Shown one piece after another: positions 12,775 to 28,399 of a DNA stretch of 64,000 nucleotides. The stretch lies in assembly GCF_009914755.1 (NCBI RefSeq), contig NC_060930.1. One strand, 5' to 3'. Made by a program: the position numbers and the translations under genes. This stretch comes from the human T2T-CHM13v2.0 reference genome, Homo sapiens. Below the pieces are notes generated by a model that saw only the letters and a list, made by a program, of their open reading frames with translations, did no database searches and was not told the DNA's origin. Every line of letters begins with the position of its first letter. The stretch's first letter is position 1.

Positions 12775-12961
12775 CCTGTTCCAATAAATAACTTAGCAAT
12801 GGACAATCTCTTTGTCTGGGATATGTCTGGGCTATAAGTACTTACCATATATAATACCTCATTTTATTCCTATTCCAATAAATAAGTTGACAATGGACAT
12901 TCTCCTTCTCTGGGATACATCTGGGCTATAGTACTTAACATATATGATACCTCATTTTATT
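12775..12961. repeat. Diverged tandem duplication, 2 x about 94 bp
   Basis: Copies 12775-12868 and 12869-12961 align with about 11 substitutions and 1 gap. Confidence 0.95.
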
Positions 12962-12969
12962 AAACACTG

Positions 12970-14350
<1,381 letters not shown>

Positions 14351-15999
14351 TTTTTAGGTGGGTGGATAGTAATCCACACAGGTAATTTAAAGAGCTAAAA
14401 AGAGCTCAACTAAAAAATTCTTGACACCCAGACCATTCACCCAAACCCTCTCATGCTCTTATAAATCAAAATTTTCTGTCTTTCTAGCATTTTGTTGCTA
14501 TTTTAAAATATTGTACTCTCAGAACTATCCACATCTCCTTTGATCCTGTACATCTCTGAGTCTGGGTTCAGGGAAAGGCGCCAGTTGCCTGTGTTTGTTC
14601 ACTGTCTTATCAAGGACCCTTCATTTTATTTTCCTCATTTATTTTTGGAGGAAAGGTGATGAGGGTCAGTGGTTACTGACTATTGTATTTGGACCTGCTT
14701 GCCCATCCCTCAGTTTTTCTTCTCAGATTATGTTTTGACAATATAATTACTGGAAGATCATTTATAACGCTTTTCCTTATTAAATATTCATATTCCTGTG
14801 TTGTTCAGTATGTATATCCCAAAGTACCCCAAAGAAATTCTTTTCTCAGATTTTAGATTGATTTTGTATTTCATGACAATGATTTCAGGGTTCATAGACT
14901 GGATCATAATTTCAGCTGTTTCAAACTCACAAATCAGTATTACTAAGGTGTATCTAAAGAACTGAAACACTTTTATTGCAAATCTAAGTGATAATATGGG
15001 CCTCAGGATTGCCCCGGAATATGTATAAGAACCAACCACTTAGGAACAAATATTCTGCTGATAACAGCCAGCCAGCCAAACGCAGCCCCTGATAAAGATA
15101 AATAACCTGTACTCAGGGAAATTTTTTGCATCATTAAACATGGTGAGCATATTAGCTAGCAGGGGGTGGAGTCGAGTCCCCAAAGAGATAAATCTAAATT
15201 ATGTGCGCTGCAGTGATCATAACAGTAATGCACCATCTTGGCTAACTGGCTGACATCAATGGGGAAGGGAATTTCAGATTTAAATGAACCAAACTAAAAA
15301 GCATTTCAGTGCACATACAGATTAATTGGAGCATATTCATGAACTTTTCAGCCCTATTATGCCTCTTTTTTTTTTTTTTTTTTTTTTGACTGGTGCCAAG
15401 TACAAAGAGCTTAGAATTTTCCTGTCAAATCTTGCATCTTTGTTTCTTCTTTTCATTTTCTTATGCGGGTTGATTAATTACTCCCCAATTTGCTCTCCAT
15501 TAATCTCCCTCCTACACAGTTGTATCAGTACTTGCCAAAATCTCTTTTCTTTATATGTGACTAAGATGGATAATATAAGTTTAGTGACACTTCTGTTAAA
15601 TGAGTCAATGAAGTAGTCATTTGTTAATACTATGCTTTTGAAATGCAGAAAATTCCAAATTCAAAGTTAAGAAGTATTGTTAATTGTGTCAGAAAAAGCA
15701 TCTTGTTGATAATATGACCAATTTGGAAAGTCTGAGAAAGACTTATGATGACCAAACTAGATTTTGTTATTCTCTGTTATTTGTGTTAGACAATCTTTTG
15801 AGATAAGGGACCTAGCTATATTCAGAGGGTCACAATATCTGATTTTGTTTCATTCAGTTTTCTTTGTATTGCAAAAAGTTGTAGTACTATATTGATAAAC
15901 AGAGAAAGAAAACACTATTGGTTTGTGGAGACGCATTAGTCAATATTTGAAAATATGTTTTTCTACATTTTGAATAGATGATAAAGTCAGCTCCTGCTA

Positions 16000-16128
16000 G
16001 ACTGTAAGATATACATGACCATGTCTGTTTTGTCTGTTTGGTCTGTTTTATTTATTGTCAATGTTCCAATATACAGCACAATCATGGAATAGTTAGGTAC
16101 GCAATAAATATTTGTTGAATAGATGAAC
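16000..16128 (+). mobile_element. L2 3' end
   Basis: gactgtaag..ccatgtctgtttt..caataaatatttgttgaatagatgaa; contains an internal 9-bp unit x3. Confidence 0.8.
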
Positions 16129-16382
16129 AATTTTCAAAAATGATTTTTTTGTCTAGAAGGAATAATTTATGTAAATTGGAGATAGTGAGTGGCATAGCAG
16201 TAACAGTTGACTTATGATTTTAACCAGAGAGAAAACTACTTGCAACAGACACCACCAAACCATTTCTCACCGATTGCCTTTTCACATATTTAGGACTATG
16301 CCACTCAGGTTCATGTTTAAGGTTTATTTATTAAAAGCAAATTGCCCAAATAGCCAATGACAGAAAGATCTCTAGAGATAAT

Positions 16383-16553
16383 CAAGGTTTAAATTGCATT
16401 TTAACCACTTACTGTAGAATGATTTCAGTGGATTCTTTAACCTCTTTCTGTCTCATTTGACTGTTCTTCAAATGGGTGGCAGGATACTTACCAGCTGGCA
16501 GTGTTGTGAGAGTTATGTGAAACACCTAGCACACTACACAGAAGGTATGTGCT
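16383..16553 (+). mobile_element. MIR
   Basis: ccacttactg..ctttaacctct..gttgtgagag..atgtgaaacacctagcaca. Confidence 0.65.
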
Positions 16554-16609
16554 ACTCCTCATTTCCCCTTCCTCCTGCTTCCTTGCTCTCCCAACCATAA
16601 GACATTTTC

Positions 16610-16610
<1 letters not shown>

Positions 16611-16653
<43 letters not shown>

Positions 16654-16725
16654 GCTTTCTTGCTTTCTTGCTTTCTTGCTTTCTTGCTTTCTTGCTTTCT
16701 TCTTCTTCTTTTTTTTTTTTTTTTG
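16611..16725. repeat. Compound STR (CTTT)10(CTTGCTTT)6(CTT)n T15 in an Alu tail
   Basis: Directly visible. Confidence 0.95.
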
Positions 16726-17008
16726 ATGGAGTCCTCTGTGGCCCAGGTTGGAGTGCAGTGGTACAATCTCTGCTCACTGCAACCTCCACTCCACCTCCTG
16801 GGTTCAAGCTATTCTCCTGTCTCAGCCTCCCGAGTATCTGGGATTACAGGCACACACCACCATACCTGGCTAATTGTTTTGTACTTGTACTAGAGACAGG
16901 TTTTCACCATATTGGCAAGGCTGGTCTCGAACTCCTGACCTCAGGTGATCCACCCGCCTCGGCCTCCCAAGGTGCTGGGATTACAGGCGTGAGCCACCGT
17001 GTCCAGCC
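16611..17008 (-). mobile_element. AluS (Sx-like) with expanded tail
   Basis: Full dimer; target-site duplication aagacattttct at 16599-16610 and 17012-17023. Confidence 0.95.
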
Positions 17009-17231
17009 TGCAAGACATTTTCTAACTAATAACTTTTTATTTAAAACACTAAGGATCCCATGGATAAATAATATTTTTTATATTTAATTGTTCTTCTTTT
17101 TAAAGATGCCAGAAACATGACCATGTATAAGAATGCTAAAGCATAAACCAGGAGCCTGCGATGTTGGAAATAAATAAGATTTAAAGCATACCTTTTCTAT
17201 CTCATCTTTGTTTAAAAAAAAAAAGATTATT

Positions 17232-17259
17232 AAAAACAAACAAACAAACAAACAAACAA
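17232..17259. repeat. (AAAC)n microsatellite
   Basis: Directly visible. Confidence 0.9.
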
Positions 17260-18456
17260 GTGGCAACTTAACCTAATCTTTTCTCCTCATTACTGAGTAG
17301 GTGGCTTCTTTCCAATTCATCTGAAATCTGTTACAAATCAATTCATGATCCTAGTGCCTCAGCCTCGGGTAATTTCTTTTATACGTTTCTGATCTGGTGT
17401 AATTTTTGCATGTCTCAACAACAGAAATGCATTAATGAAAGGTGTTTATGCTCTCCTGCTCCCTTGTGTATGTCTACAAAATGGGGAATACTAACAGCAC
17501 TCATGCCTTTTCCTCTTGACTTTCTTCTAATAAAATATTTCCTACTCACTGCCCTGGTGCTCTCACTTTCCCTGAGTGCAGGCACACACTCATATGAGCA
17601 GGAAACTAACCAAGTTGCCTGTTTTCATAGCAACACTCTCCCCTTTCTGACAGAATATTTTTCTACCAAATTCTCCCTTAGGGTAATCAAATCAAATATT
17701 TTAAAACACATTTATACCTATCTAGGCTGTTAAATAGAAAGTTAAATAAGTTTATCATTAAAAGCAGAAGGGTCCAGTTAGAGAAAAGGGAATAAAAAGT
17801 TAGCAAATGAAATTAATGTGACAGTTACCTTGCTCTGTTTACATGTACTCTGAATAAAATGTCTAGTTTGGCTCTTTATCCAAATAAAATTAGTAAAGAA
17901 GTTAGATTCATTTGGATAGTTTTTATTTTTCTTTAACTTTGGATTCAGGCGACTTAGCCCAGTATAATACAACTAGAGATTCAGCACTGGGAATGTTTAT
18001 TGGGCATGCAAAATTCATGGGGTGTGCGAATCAGATCTATCTCAGTTTAGTATAAGCTATTTAGGGCTACCTATTTAATACCCAGTACAAGAATCACAGG
18101 AGAGAGGTACCCATCTCTTGGGTTCTCAGTTTAGAACCAAATTCTAATTATTCTCACTTTCCAACCTCCTTATTGCCCACAGCTGTTCTTTTCCTAGTGG
18201 TACCTTGTTGAAAAAGTAGACCTCAGTGTCCATTGATGGTGATCCTGAGTCTTCTCTGCCTTTTCACTCATCCCTTGGGGTCCCTGACAGTAAATACCTT
18301 TCCAGGGCTCAATTTGGAACTTATCTTTGCTCAGGCACAAGAACAATATAGTGGTGATGGAAAGAGAAAGAGATGTGTTCTTCATCTCTCTGTAGCAAAG
18401 CTGTAAGAAAGGCATGTAAAAAGCTTTTCGTTTTGTCTATGGAGACATATTGTGTC

Positions 18457-18815
18457 TTACATGGTTTGGCTCTGTGTCCCCACCCAAATCTCATCTCAAA
18501 TTGTAATCCCCACATGTGGAGGGAGGAACCTGGTGGGAGGTGATTGGATCATGGAGGCGGTTCCCCCATGCTGTTACTGTGATACTGAATGAGTTCTCAT
18601 ACGATCTGATAGTTTAAAAGATTGTGGAAGTTCCTCCTCCTGGCTCTCTCTCTTGTGAAGAAGGTACTAGCTTCTTCTTTGCCTTCCACTATGATGGTAA
18701 GTTTCCTGAGGCCTCCCCAGCCCTGCAGAACTATGAGTCAATTAAACCTTTTTCCTTTATAAATTTCTCAGTCTCAGGCAGTTCTTTATAGCGAGTGTGA
18801 AAACAGACTAATACA
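18457..18815 (+). mobile_element. THE1D-like solo LTR (MaLR)
   Basis: atggtttggctctgtgtccccacccaaatctcatctc..gagtcaattaaacct..acagactaataca; flanks gtgtc/gtctc give a 4/5 TSD. Confidence 0.92.
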
Positions 18816-19519
18816 GTCTCCTTATGCATACCATTTTATATCTCAGTTTAAAATAATAACATGAAAAACAGATTTCTTGCATCTTTGCTATAAGAACCTC
18901 TGACAGAACTACCAAGTGCATTACATTCTTATGGGATAACTCTTTGTAAATAGAAATGAATCAACTATGTCTATCATTAGTTTGATTGCTTTTTGATAAT
19001 TTATTCATCATAAATTTTTCTTTATCTTTACCCTGTCCATAATTTAGACCTTAGTTGTCATTATGCTCATTTTCATTTATTCCAGTAGGAGCTCGAAAAA
19101 ATATTTTTATATCAAACTACTTTTTTTTTTTCTTTAAGAAAAGAAAGAGTACAGAACCTGAGAAACTTTCAGATATTTGTGTGGTTTATACATTGCATAA
19201 CTCTGGGGCAAAGTTGGTGTAGTCAGCCAAGTATGGGTTTAAATCTTGCCACAGAGAGAGACAAAATAATATAATTATAATTGGTTTGCTTGAATCAGGT
19301 TTCAGACATTGTCCAAACATTGCATTTGGTTTTGGTTGTCTCATAAAATTCTTTTAATGTCTAATCTTTATCAGGCAGTTCCATCTGCCTTTCTGTTTTT
19401 AAAAAGCTACCAACTAAGATAATGTATGTACTATGGTTTAATATATAGTGCAGGGAAAGCACTCAATATGGTAGCTACTATTGTTATTCTTATTATGACA
19501 TCTCAGAATATCAACTACA

Positions 19520-20400
19520 CTTGCTTGAAATATGTTGTAGTTCATGGATTTGAGGATTGGTGTCTTTTGACAATTTTGGAAAAATTTCAGTCATTATCTC
19601 TTCAAATATTACCTTGCTTCCATTCTTCTATGGATTCCCTCAGAAATTCTGATGAATGAATATTGGACATACTCATTTATCCTTCATTTTATTCTTAAAC
19701 CATATTTCATGTTTTCTGACTCAGTGCTTCATTGAGTAACTTTTATCTGTTTTAGCTTCCAGTTCACTAATTGTTCATTTCAGTCTAATTTACTGTCATA
19801 TCCTATTCTAATAAATTTCTAATTTCAAAGATATTTTAAATTTCTAGATGTTTTATTTAATTATTCTTTTTTTCTGGTAATTTTTGATAATTGCTGTTTT
19901 AATATTTGTTTTCAATTCTTTTATTTCTTTAAATACATTAAAAATACTTATTTTGTAGTCTATATTTGATAATTCTTATATTTATATGTCTTTTTGTGCC
20001 TGGTTTTGTGGATTGCTGTTTCTACTGACCTTGCTCATGGTACCTTGCTTAATCAAGTATTTAGCTTTTTTTTATTGAGAGTTTCTGTTTATTGGAACTT
20101 TATCTGTGAGAATTACCTGAAGACTGCATTTCTACTGAGGATAGAAATGCAGGATATTTCTGAGAGTATTTCTGCTTGTCAGTTGCCGCTTCCAAAACAT
20201 GTCTGCTTTAAAATATTAACTTGTGTTTTATTTATTTAAATCTTATAGATAGAATCAATATGGGCATTAAAATCCATGTGAAAACTGGTTCATGATCATA
20301 ATTTCTCATGGGAGGGTTTTTTCCTTCTACTCATAGCCAAAGCAAAGATAGATCATTTTCCTTGTTCTCTTTCTTCACTGGTTAGATTTCATATTTATTC
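19520..20400 (-). mobile_element. Old L1M fragment (ORF1/5' region)
   Basis: ttttggaaaaatttcagtcattatctcttcaaatatt and agcttccagttcactaatt motifs. Confidence 0.65.
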
Positions 20401-20487
20401 CTCCTTTCCTTGGTGTTAAGATTTATTTAGGGGGGAGGTCTTCTTACTCTTGTCCTCCAAAGATCCTTTAGTACTGATATCCTAGAG

Positions 20488-20691
20488 CAGTGGTTTTCAG
20501 TCCTGGGGTGGGAAAGTGGGGCCCCCAGGGAACATTTGGCAAAGACCGGAGACATTTTTGTTTATTACAACTGGGGGAAATTAGAAGGTGCTGCTGGTAT
20601 CTAGTAGGTAGAGGCCAGAGGTGCTAAATATCCTACAAAGTAGGGGACAGTCCCAACAAAGAATTATCCAGTGCCCAGGCTGAGAAACCTC
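20488..20691. mobile_element. MER20 (hAT-Charlie MITE)
   Basis: cagtggttttc..cagggaacatttggcaa..ggagacatttttg..tctagtaggtagaggccag..gctgagaaacc; ctag-containing flanks. Confidence 0.9.
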
Positions 20692-20929
20692 ATTCTAGGT
20701 CAACAGGCTTGGTAAGTGCCCTCAGGGAAGCCAGTTGCTTTAGCTTAAGTCCCTTGAACTCTACTGCTTAGTCGTGGGGATTTCCTTAATTTCTAGAAAG
20801 TTTACTCATGTACTTAAGTGAACCTCAAAATTATTTTAATCACTTTAAAAAATATGTAGTATTTAGATGATCTTGCCTGTTGTTTTGCTTGAGCTAGTTC
20901 TCTCCTCATGCTTTATGGAGAGTGTTCCC

Positions 20930-21200
20930 TTGTCTGGCTGCACGATACTTTGATTAGTCTCTAGTTATGGACTTTAAGGTAGTTTTTAATCATTTGTCAC
21001 TACAAACTGCTCCAATGAATGGCACTTTGCATATATGAGAATATATCTGTAGAATAAGCACCTAGAAATGTAAATGCTGGGCACGTGCATTTAAATTTTT
21101 TATAAATGTTGCCATATTTTCCATATAGGATTTATCGGTTTAACCTTCCACTAGCTTCATGAGAGTAACTTTTTCTTACACAGGTTTAAATTCAAACTGA
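20930..21200 (-). mobile_element. Old L1ME-like ORF2 3' end
   Basis: atatatctgtagaataagcacctagaaatgtaaatgctggg. Confidence 0.65.
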
Positions 21201-22010
21201 TTGGTTTGAAAAATGAACCCCAAGATACTCAAACAGAAAGAATGAACCTTCAGATAGATAGCCATCTGTCAAATTCAACAGTTATCAGGATTTTGCCATA
21301 TTTGTTTCAGTGATCCCCCTCGTCTTATTTTTTTCTTTTTTTCTCTTTTCATTGCTGAAGTATTTTGAAGATCCAGACATTATTTCATTTCACCCCGTAT
21401 TTCAACGTGAATCTCTGAAACATGTGGACATTTATTGTATAACCACAATGCAATACTCGTATAGCTCTATATCATCTAAAAAAAGTTGTAAGGAAATTTC
21501 CTCAGATGTGAGGAAAAAATTGTTCTTTTAAAACTGGTTTGTTTGAAATAGGATCATCATAAGATTCACCCATTATGTTTGGTTTTTATGTCTCTTAACT
21601 CTCTTTCAAATTAGAACAGTGTCCTTTCCTTTTGACCACCTGCCATTGTCTAGTAACAACTGGATTAATTGTATGCAGAATGTCCACATTTGGTTTGTCT
21701 GTTTGCTTCCTTGTGGTATAATTTAACTTGTTCATCTATCCTTTGTGGAGAAAAATTGGCACTTGATATTTGATTAGATTCAGGCTCAACATTTGGCAAA
21801 GACAAGTGATGTAATAGACATTACAATATGCATCGAAGCAAGAGACACATAACATCTGCTTTTGTCACTTTGTGTGTCAATTAGCCTGTTGATCAGTGGA
21901 TTCAAGCAGTCACAGGCTTATCTCTCTTGTAAAATTCCCATTTACCTTTTATAAAATGGCTTTACCCATGTGATCACTGGTTGAATTCATTATTTTATGA
22001 GGATTTGTAG

Positions 22011-22350
<340 letters not shown>

Positions 22351-22568
22351 TCCACATTTCTTCATTAGAATTCTTCGTAAAGGATTGCCTTCCCCCACCA
22401 ATTAGGGCTAACTAATTTTCTTGAAGTATACCTCATCCAGGAAAGGCAGAAAAAATTATTTCCTTTTAACTGCCTGTTTTCAGAATAAGGATTTAGAGCC
22501 CTAGTTATTTTCAGTGGTGTCCAAATTAGTTTTGTTTAAATTTTAGTTTCTCCTTCTTCTCTTTTTGA

Positions 22569-22961
<393 letters not shown>

Positions 22962-23159
22962 CATTACTCTTTTTTAAGCTCAAATTGTCACATATTGGCC
23001 AATCCCATCCCCTTCATGTTTCCTCCTGTGTCCCTCTGACATGGCCCATTTAGTCCTTGATAGTCTCATTGCTTTCTGGCACAACAAGATTTCTCAGGTA
23101 CATCTTGTATATTTCTGCCCCCAGACCTTGAATCAGCTATTACTCATTGGAATTGTTAT

Positions 23160-26100
23160 TTTTATTTCTCTTCTTGAGAAAGTCATTGTCTTTTCACAGA
23201 TTCAAAAGATATTTGTATTTTCTTTTCTCTAAAGTCAGTGTTTTTCATTTTTCCCTAAAGGGTTATTTTTTTCTAGTTAATTTATATGATTTCTTTGTTA
23301 TGGTAAAAAATAGCCAATGTCTCTGATATAAACTCGAAATATTAGCCACATTTGCTATTTGCCATTTGACCATTTAAGGCATTTTTATGCCATATATTTT
23401 TTAATGTAGTAAAGTTTATTAATTTTTCTCTTTTACGACACTTAGTTTTAATTCATATTTAACAAATCTTTTCCCAATCTTAGATTATAAGAAATACTTT
23501 TTCCAAACATTTTGGGGCTTCATTTTTTAATCTTTTAATAATCTTTGATCATCTAGAATTTATCTTTGTGTAAGATGTGAGATATGGATCCAATTTATTT
23601 GTTCCCATATGGCTGAAAAGTTATCTCCATACCATTTATTGAATAATCCATCTTTTTCTCACTATTAGAAATATCAAGTTTATCACTGAAATTTGCTATG
23701 GAATTTTTATTCGAATCCACTGTTCTGTCTTTCCATTCATATAGCAGTACCATATTACTTTATAATATATTTTATTATCTAACAGGTAATGTTGTTTTAC
23801 AAATTTTCATGGATAATTTTATACAACAATTTTTTCATTTCAGTTTATTGTTTCCAAAGGAAATATATTGGCATTTTAGTTGAGATCATGTTAAATTTGT
23901 AGATTAACCAGAGAAGAATGGATATCTTTGTGATGTTGACATCTTATTTAAGACATGATGTGACTTTCAACTCTCCAATTATTTAAGCTTTTTCTGTCAC
24001 TTCGTAGTATTTAAACATTTTTTTCCATATACAGCATATAGAACTTTTCCCTTTTTTTGGTGTCAGTTATGGTATGGGCTCAGCTGTTATTGCAAACAAA
24101 CAAACAACACACACAAAGCAAAACAAACAAGGTAAGTTTATTTTCATGATTCTAGATTTTTCAGAGACTCAGGTTGCTTTTCTCTTCTTGCTTTACTGTT
24201 CTATAGGGTGTACTTACTCTTTTGGTAAAAGTCAGTTTAATACCATCACATCTATCTTGGATCTTGTTGGAAAGGGAAAAAGAGTGGTCTAGGATCTTCA
24301 AGGAGATGATTAGGACATTTCCCATATTACCTTTGCTTACCTTTATTGGCTCCCAAAATAAGCATATAGCACACCTAGCTGAAAGAAAGGCTTGCACATG
24401 GAGTGTCCGGGTATTCAGGTGAGCAAACATGCTTATGGTTTAAACTCAGAGAGTTCTATTACTTAAAGTAGAAGCAAAGAATAAGTACTGGGGTTGGGGG
24501 AAAAATAATAATTTTGTAAATTTTATCTTTTTAGTTGCTAATGAAAATAGACTTTTTTTTCCATTATAGCTTTTGAGTGATTGTTGTTTGTAACATGAAG
24601 GTTATATTCTACCAATTATTATTATTTTTTGTCAAGTCATCCCCTCATCGAATTATTTTGTTTCATGATAGAGTTCATTTTCTTCAAATATCCAGATTAA
24701 AAAGATCATCCGTAAAGAATTATAATTTTATATACTTTATAAATCATATCCCTCTGATGTAATTATATTAACTAACTGCTTTGGCTAGCAACTCCAGAAT
24801 GATATTAAATAATAGTGGTGATAAAAGATAACTTAATTGTGTTTCTGACTTTAATGGAACAGCTTTCAATATTTTCCTATAAATATGATGTTTGCTTTTA
24901 GGTCAAATATGGTATGCATATTATCATATTAAGATATGCATAATATTAGAAAAAATATAGCTTTTCTATTTTATTAAGTTTTTATTTTATCAAGATTGAC
25001 TGTTGAATTTTACTTGATGAGTTTAGGCTTCCATAAAGATAATAGTATAAATTTTCACTTTAAATCTGTTAGTATGAAAATTAATATTAACACTGAACTT
25101 CCTTCATATACTTAAAATAATGATATGCTTTCATGGAAAATTATTTTTTATCTATTATTATATTATTTGTTAACATTTTATTTAGTATTTTTGCAGCCAT
25201 ACTCAGAGTGAGATTGATTTTAAATATCTTTGACTCTTTTGTTCTAAAAATATTTTCGAAGTTTTTATTATGTTAATATGTCTTAGATCTTTTAAAATAG
25301 TATTAGAGTTATCTGTTCCTCTGATCTTTCCTGTTTAGGCTCAGTATACTGAGGAGGTTTTGAGCTTTAGTAATGTTTTCAACTTGTAATGAACTATCAC
25401 AATTTCTCTCTCTTCTGTGATATTTTGCTAATTTATAATCTCCAGAAAATGATCCATTTTAACCTAGTTTTTAAAATTATTTACAAAAAGCAAGCACATT
25501 GGTATTTTAAGATTCTTTTGATTTCTTGTATCTGGGGTTATTTTTGTATAATTATTTTCTATTTTGCATATTTGTGCTTTTTCAGTTTTTGTTTTGAGTG
25601 ATATTTAGTGATGTATCAATTAACTCTCTGCGTATGCATATGTGTGTGTGTTTATAGCCAATTCTTGTGTTTATTTATTAGTTCTATCATTTTTCTGAGT
25701 CACTATGTTCTGAGTATTTCTCTTGAATATAGCATGTAATTGAGATTTGCTTTGTAGTCTGATCTGAAAATCTATTTTAATAGGTAAGTTTATCTCATTT
25801 GTATTTTTATATGAAACATATGTTTTGCTGTAGGTATGTTGTCATATTTTATGCTATACTTACTAAATAATGACAGAACTCATTTCTGTTCATTTCTTTC
25901 CTTTTCAGTTTTCATGCTTATAACTTCAAATAAACTTAAGCTCTATTATTTGATTTATCAACTAAAATGTCTTGACCTCCTCCAGCTCTAAAAGTTCTGC
26001 TTTCCCCTTGTCCTTCCCAGCATATATGACATTTTTATTCTCTTACTTAAGCATCATCCTCACATTTGCTTTAATCTTAGTTCTTACTCTGAAATGGACT

Positions 26101-26570
26101 CTGTGTCACTGCCAGGCATTTTCAAAAAGTTTTTCCATTCATTACTTTGTTGGCTGAATTTTTTTAATTTAATTTATTTTAAATGAATGTGTGTAAATGC
26201 TTATGTCTTTTCATTTACTTGAAAAATTATTTGCCTAGAAATATAATTATGAATCACTTTTTTTCTTTGAATACTTTGCAGGAATTACCCATTCTCTTTC
26301 AGTATTTTTAGGGAGAAATCTAGTATGAGTCAGATTTTTTTTTTTAAGTTTTATAGGTAACATTATTATTATTATTATTCTGTCTGACATCTTTTTGTCT
26401 CACAGAAATCAGTCACTTTATTAAGAAATGCCTTTGGATTGATTTTTCTGTATGAGTTTTTCCTTTTGTTTTCCTGGGACATAGCGTGTTTATATTTCAT
26501 AGATTCAAATCCTTTCTGTTTCTGAAAAGTTTCTTGAATTATATCCTTAAATACTTATACTGCTCTGTTA
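23160..26570 (-). mobile_element. Old L1M ORF2 body, interrupted by a MaLR LTR
   Basis: atctagaatttatctttgtgtaagatgtgagatatggatcc, ccatttattgaataatccatc, gtttctgactttaatggaa are antisense L1 ORF2 motifs. Confidence 0.75.
24061..24490 (-). mobile_element. Old MaLR LTR (MLT1J/L-like)
   Basis: tgtcagttatgg..ctcagctg at the start; ttattggc..catatagcacacctagctgaaag internally. Confidence 0.5.
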
Positions 26571-26584
26571 CTTTGGTTTTCTTT

Positions 26585-28365
26585 TATATGTATAATTTCA
26601 ATTTTTATTTTAGATTTAGAGAGTACATGTGCAGGTTTGTTACATGTTTATATCTTGTGATGCTGAGATTTGCATACAATTGAGCTCCTTACCCAGGTGG
26701 TGAGTATAATACCCAATAATAGGTAGTTTTTCAGCCATTGCAAACTTTCTCACTCCCTGCTTAGTAGTCCCCAGTGACTACTGTTGCCATCTTTATGTCC
26801 ACAATAACACAACGTTTAGCTTGCATTTGTAAGTGAGAAGATGTGGTATTTGGTTTTCTGTTCCTGCGTTAACTTTACTTAGGATAATGACCTCCAGCTG
26901 CAGCCATATTGCCTTAAAGGACATGATTTTATTTTTTTTATGGCTGTGTAGTATTTCATGGTGTATATGTACCATATTTTCTTTATCCATTCCTCTATTG
27001 ATGGGCACCTGGGTTGGTCCCATGTCTTTGCTATTGTGAATGGTGCTGCAGTGAACATATGAATGCATGTGTCTTTTATGTAGAAAGATTTATTTTCATT
27101 TGGATATATATCTAGTAATGGGATTGCTGGGTCTAACGATAGCTCCACTTTTAGTTTTTTAAGAAATCTCCAAACTGCTTTCCACAGAGGATGAACTAAT
27201 ATACATTACCACCAACAGTATATAAGTGTTCCCTTTTCTCTGCAGCCTCGCCAGCATCTATTGTTTTTTGACTTTTTAGTAATAGCCATTTTGACTGGAG
27301 TGAGATGGTATCTTATTGTGTTATCTTATTGTGGATTTGATTTGCATTTCCCTGATAATTAGTGATGTTGAGCATTTTTCTTATGTTTGTTGACTATTTG
27401 TACATCTCCTTTTGAGAAGTATCTTGTTTATGTCCTTGATCAGTTTATAATGAAGTTATTTGTTTTTACTTGTTGAACTGTTTAGGTTTCTTATAGATTC
27501 TGGATATTAGACCTTTGTTAGATGCATAGTTTACGAATATTTTCTCCCATTCTGTAGATTGTCTGTTTATTCTGTTCATATTTTTTTTGATAAGTAGAAG
27601 CTCTTTAGTTTAATTAGATCCTGCTTGTCAATTTTTGGTTTTGTTGCAATTGCTTTTGAGGACTTAGTCATAAATTATTTTCCAAGGCTGATGTCCAGAA
27701 CAGTGTTTCCTAGTTTTTTTTTTTTTCTAGGATTCTTATAATTCAAAGTCTTACATTTCAGTATTTAATCCATCTTGGGTTAATTTTTGTGTATGGTGAG
27801 AGGTAGGGGTTCAGTTTCATTCTTCTGCATTTGGTTAGCCAATTATCACAGCATCATTTATTGAATAGAGTATCTTTTCCCCATTTTTAATTTTTGTTGA
27901 CTTTGTTGAAGATCAGTTGGTTGTAGATGTGTGGCTTTATTTCTGGGTTCTCTGTTCTGTTTCATTGATCCATGTGTCTGTTTTTATTTCCAGTACCATG
28001 CGGTTTGGGTACTGTGGACTTACAGTATAGTTTGAAGTTGGGTAATGTGATGCCTCTTGCTTTGTTCTTTTTGCTTAGGATAGCTTTGGCTATTCAGTCT
28101 CTTGCTTTTGGTTCCATATGTATTTTAGAATAGTTTTTTTCTAATTCTGTGAAAAATGACATTGGTAGTTTGATAGGAATAGTGTTGAATCTGTAAATTG
28201 CTTTGGACAGTATAGCCATTTTAATGATATTGATTTATCCAATCCATGAGGATGGGATGCTTTTCCATTTGTTTGTGTCATCTACAATTTCTTTCAGCAG
28301 TGTTTTTTAGTTCTCCTTGTAGAGGTCTTTCACTTCCTTAGTTAGATGTATTTCTGGGTATTTTA

Positions 28366-28399
<34 letters not shown>

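Noticed and set aside
12775-12961. Direct repeats as a possible CRISPR-like array
   Set aside because: Only two abutting diverged copies, no spacers, no cas-like ORFs, and the DNA is primate.
26793-27148. ORF with clear protein similarity
   Set aside because: It is the broken C-terminus of L1 ORF2p in a 5'-truncated L1PA15/16-like copy, not a host gene.
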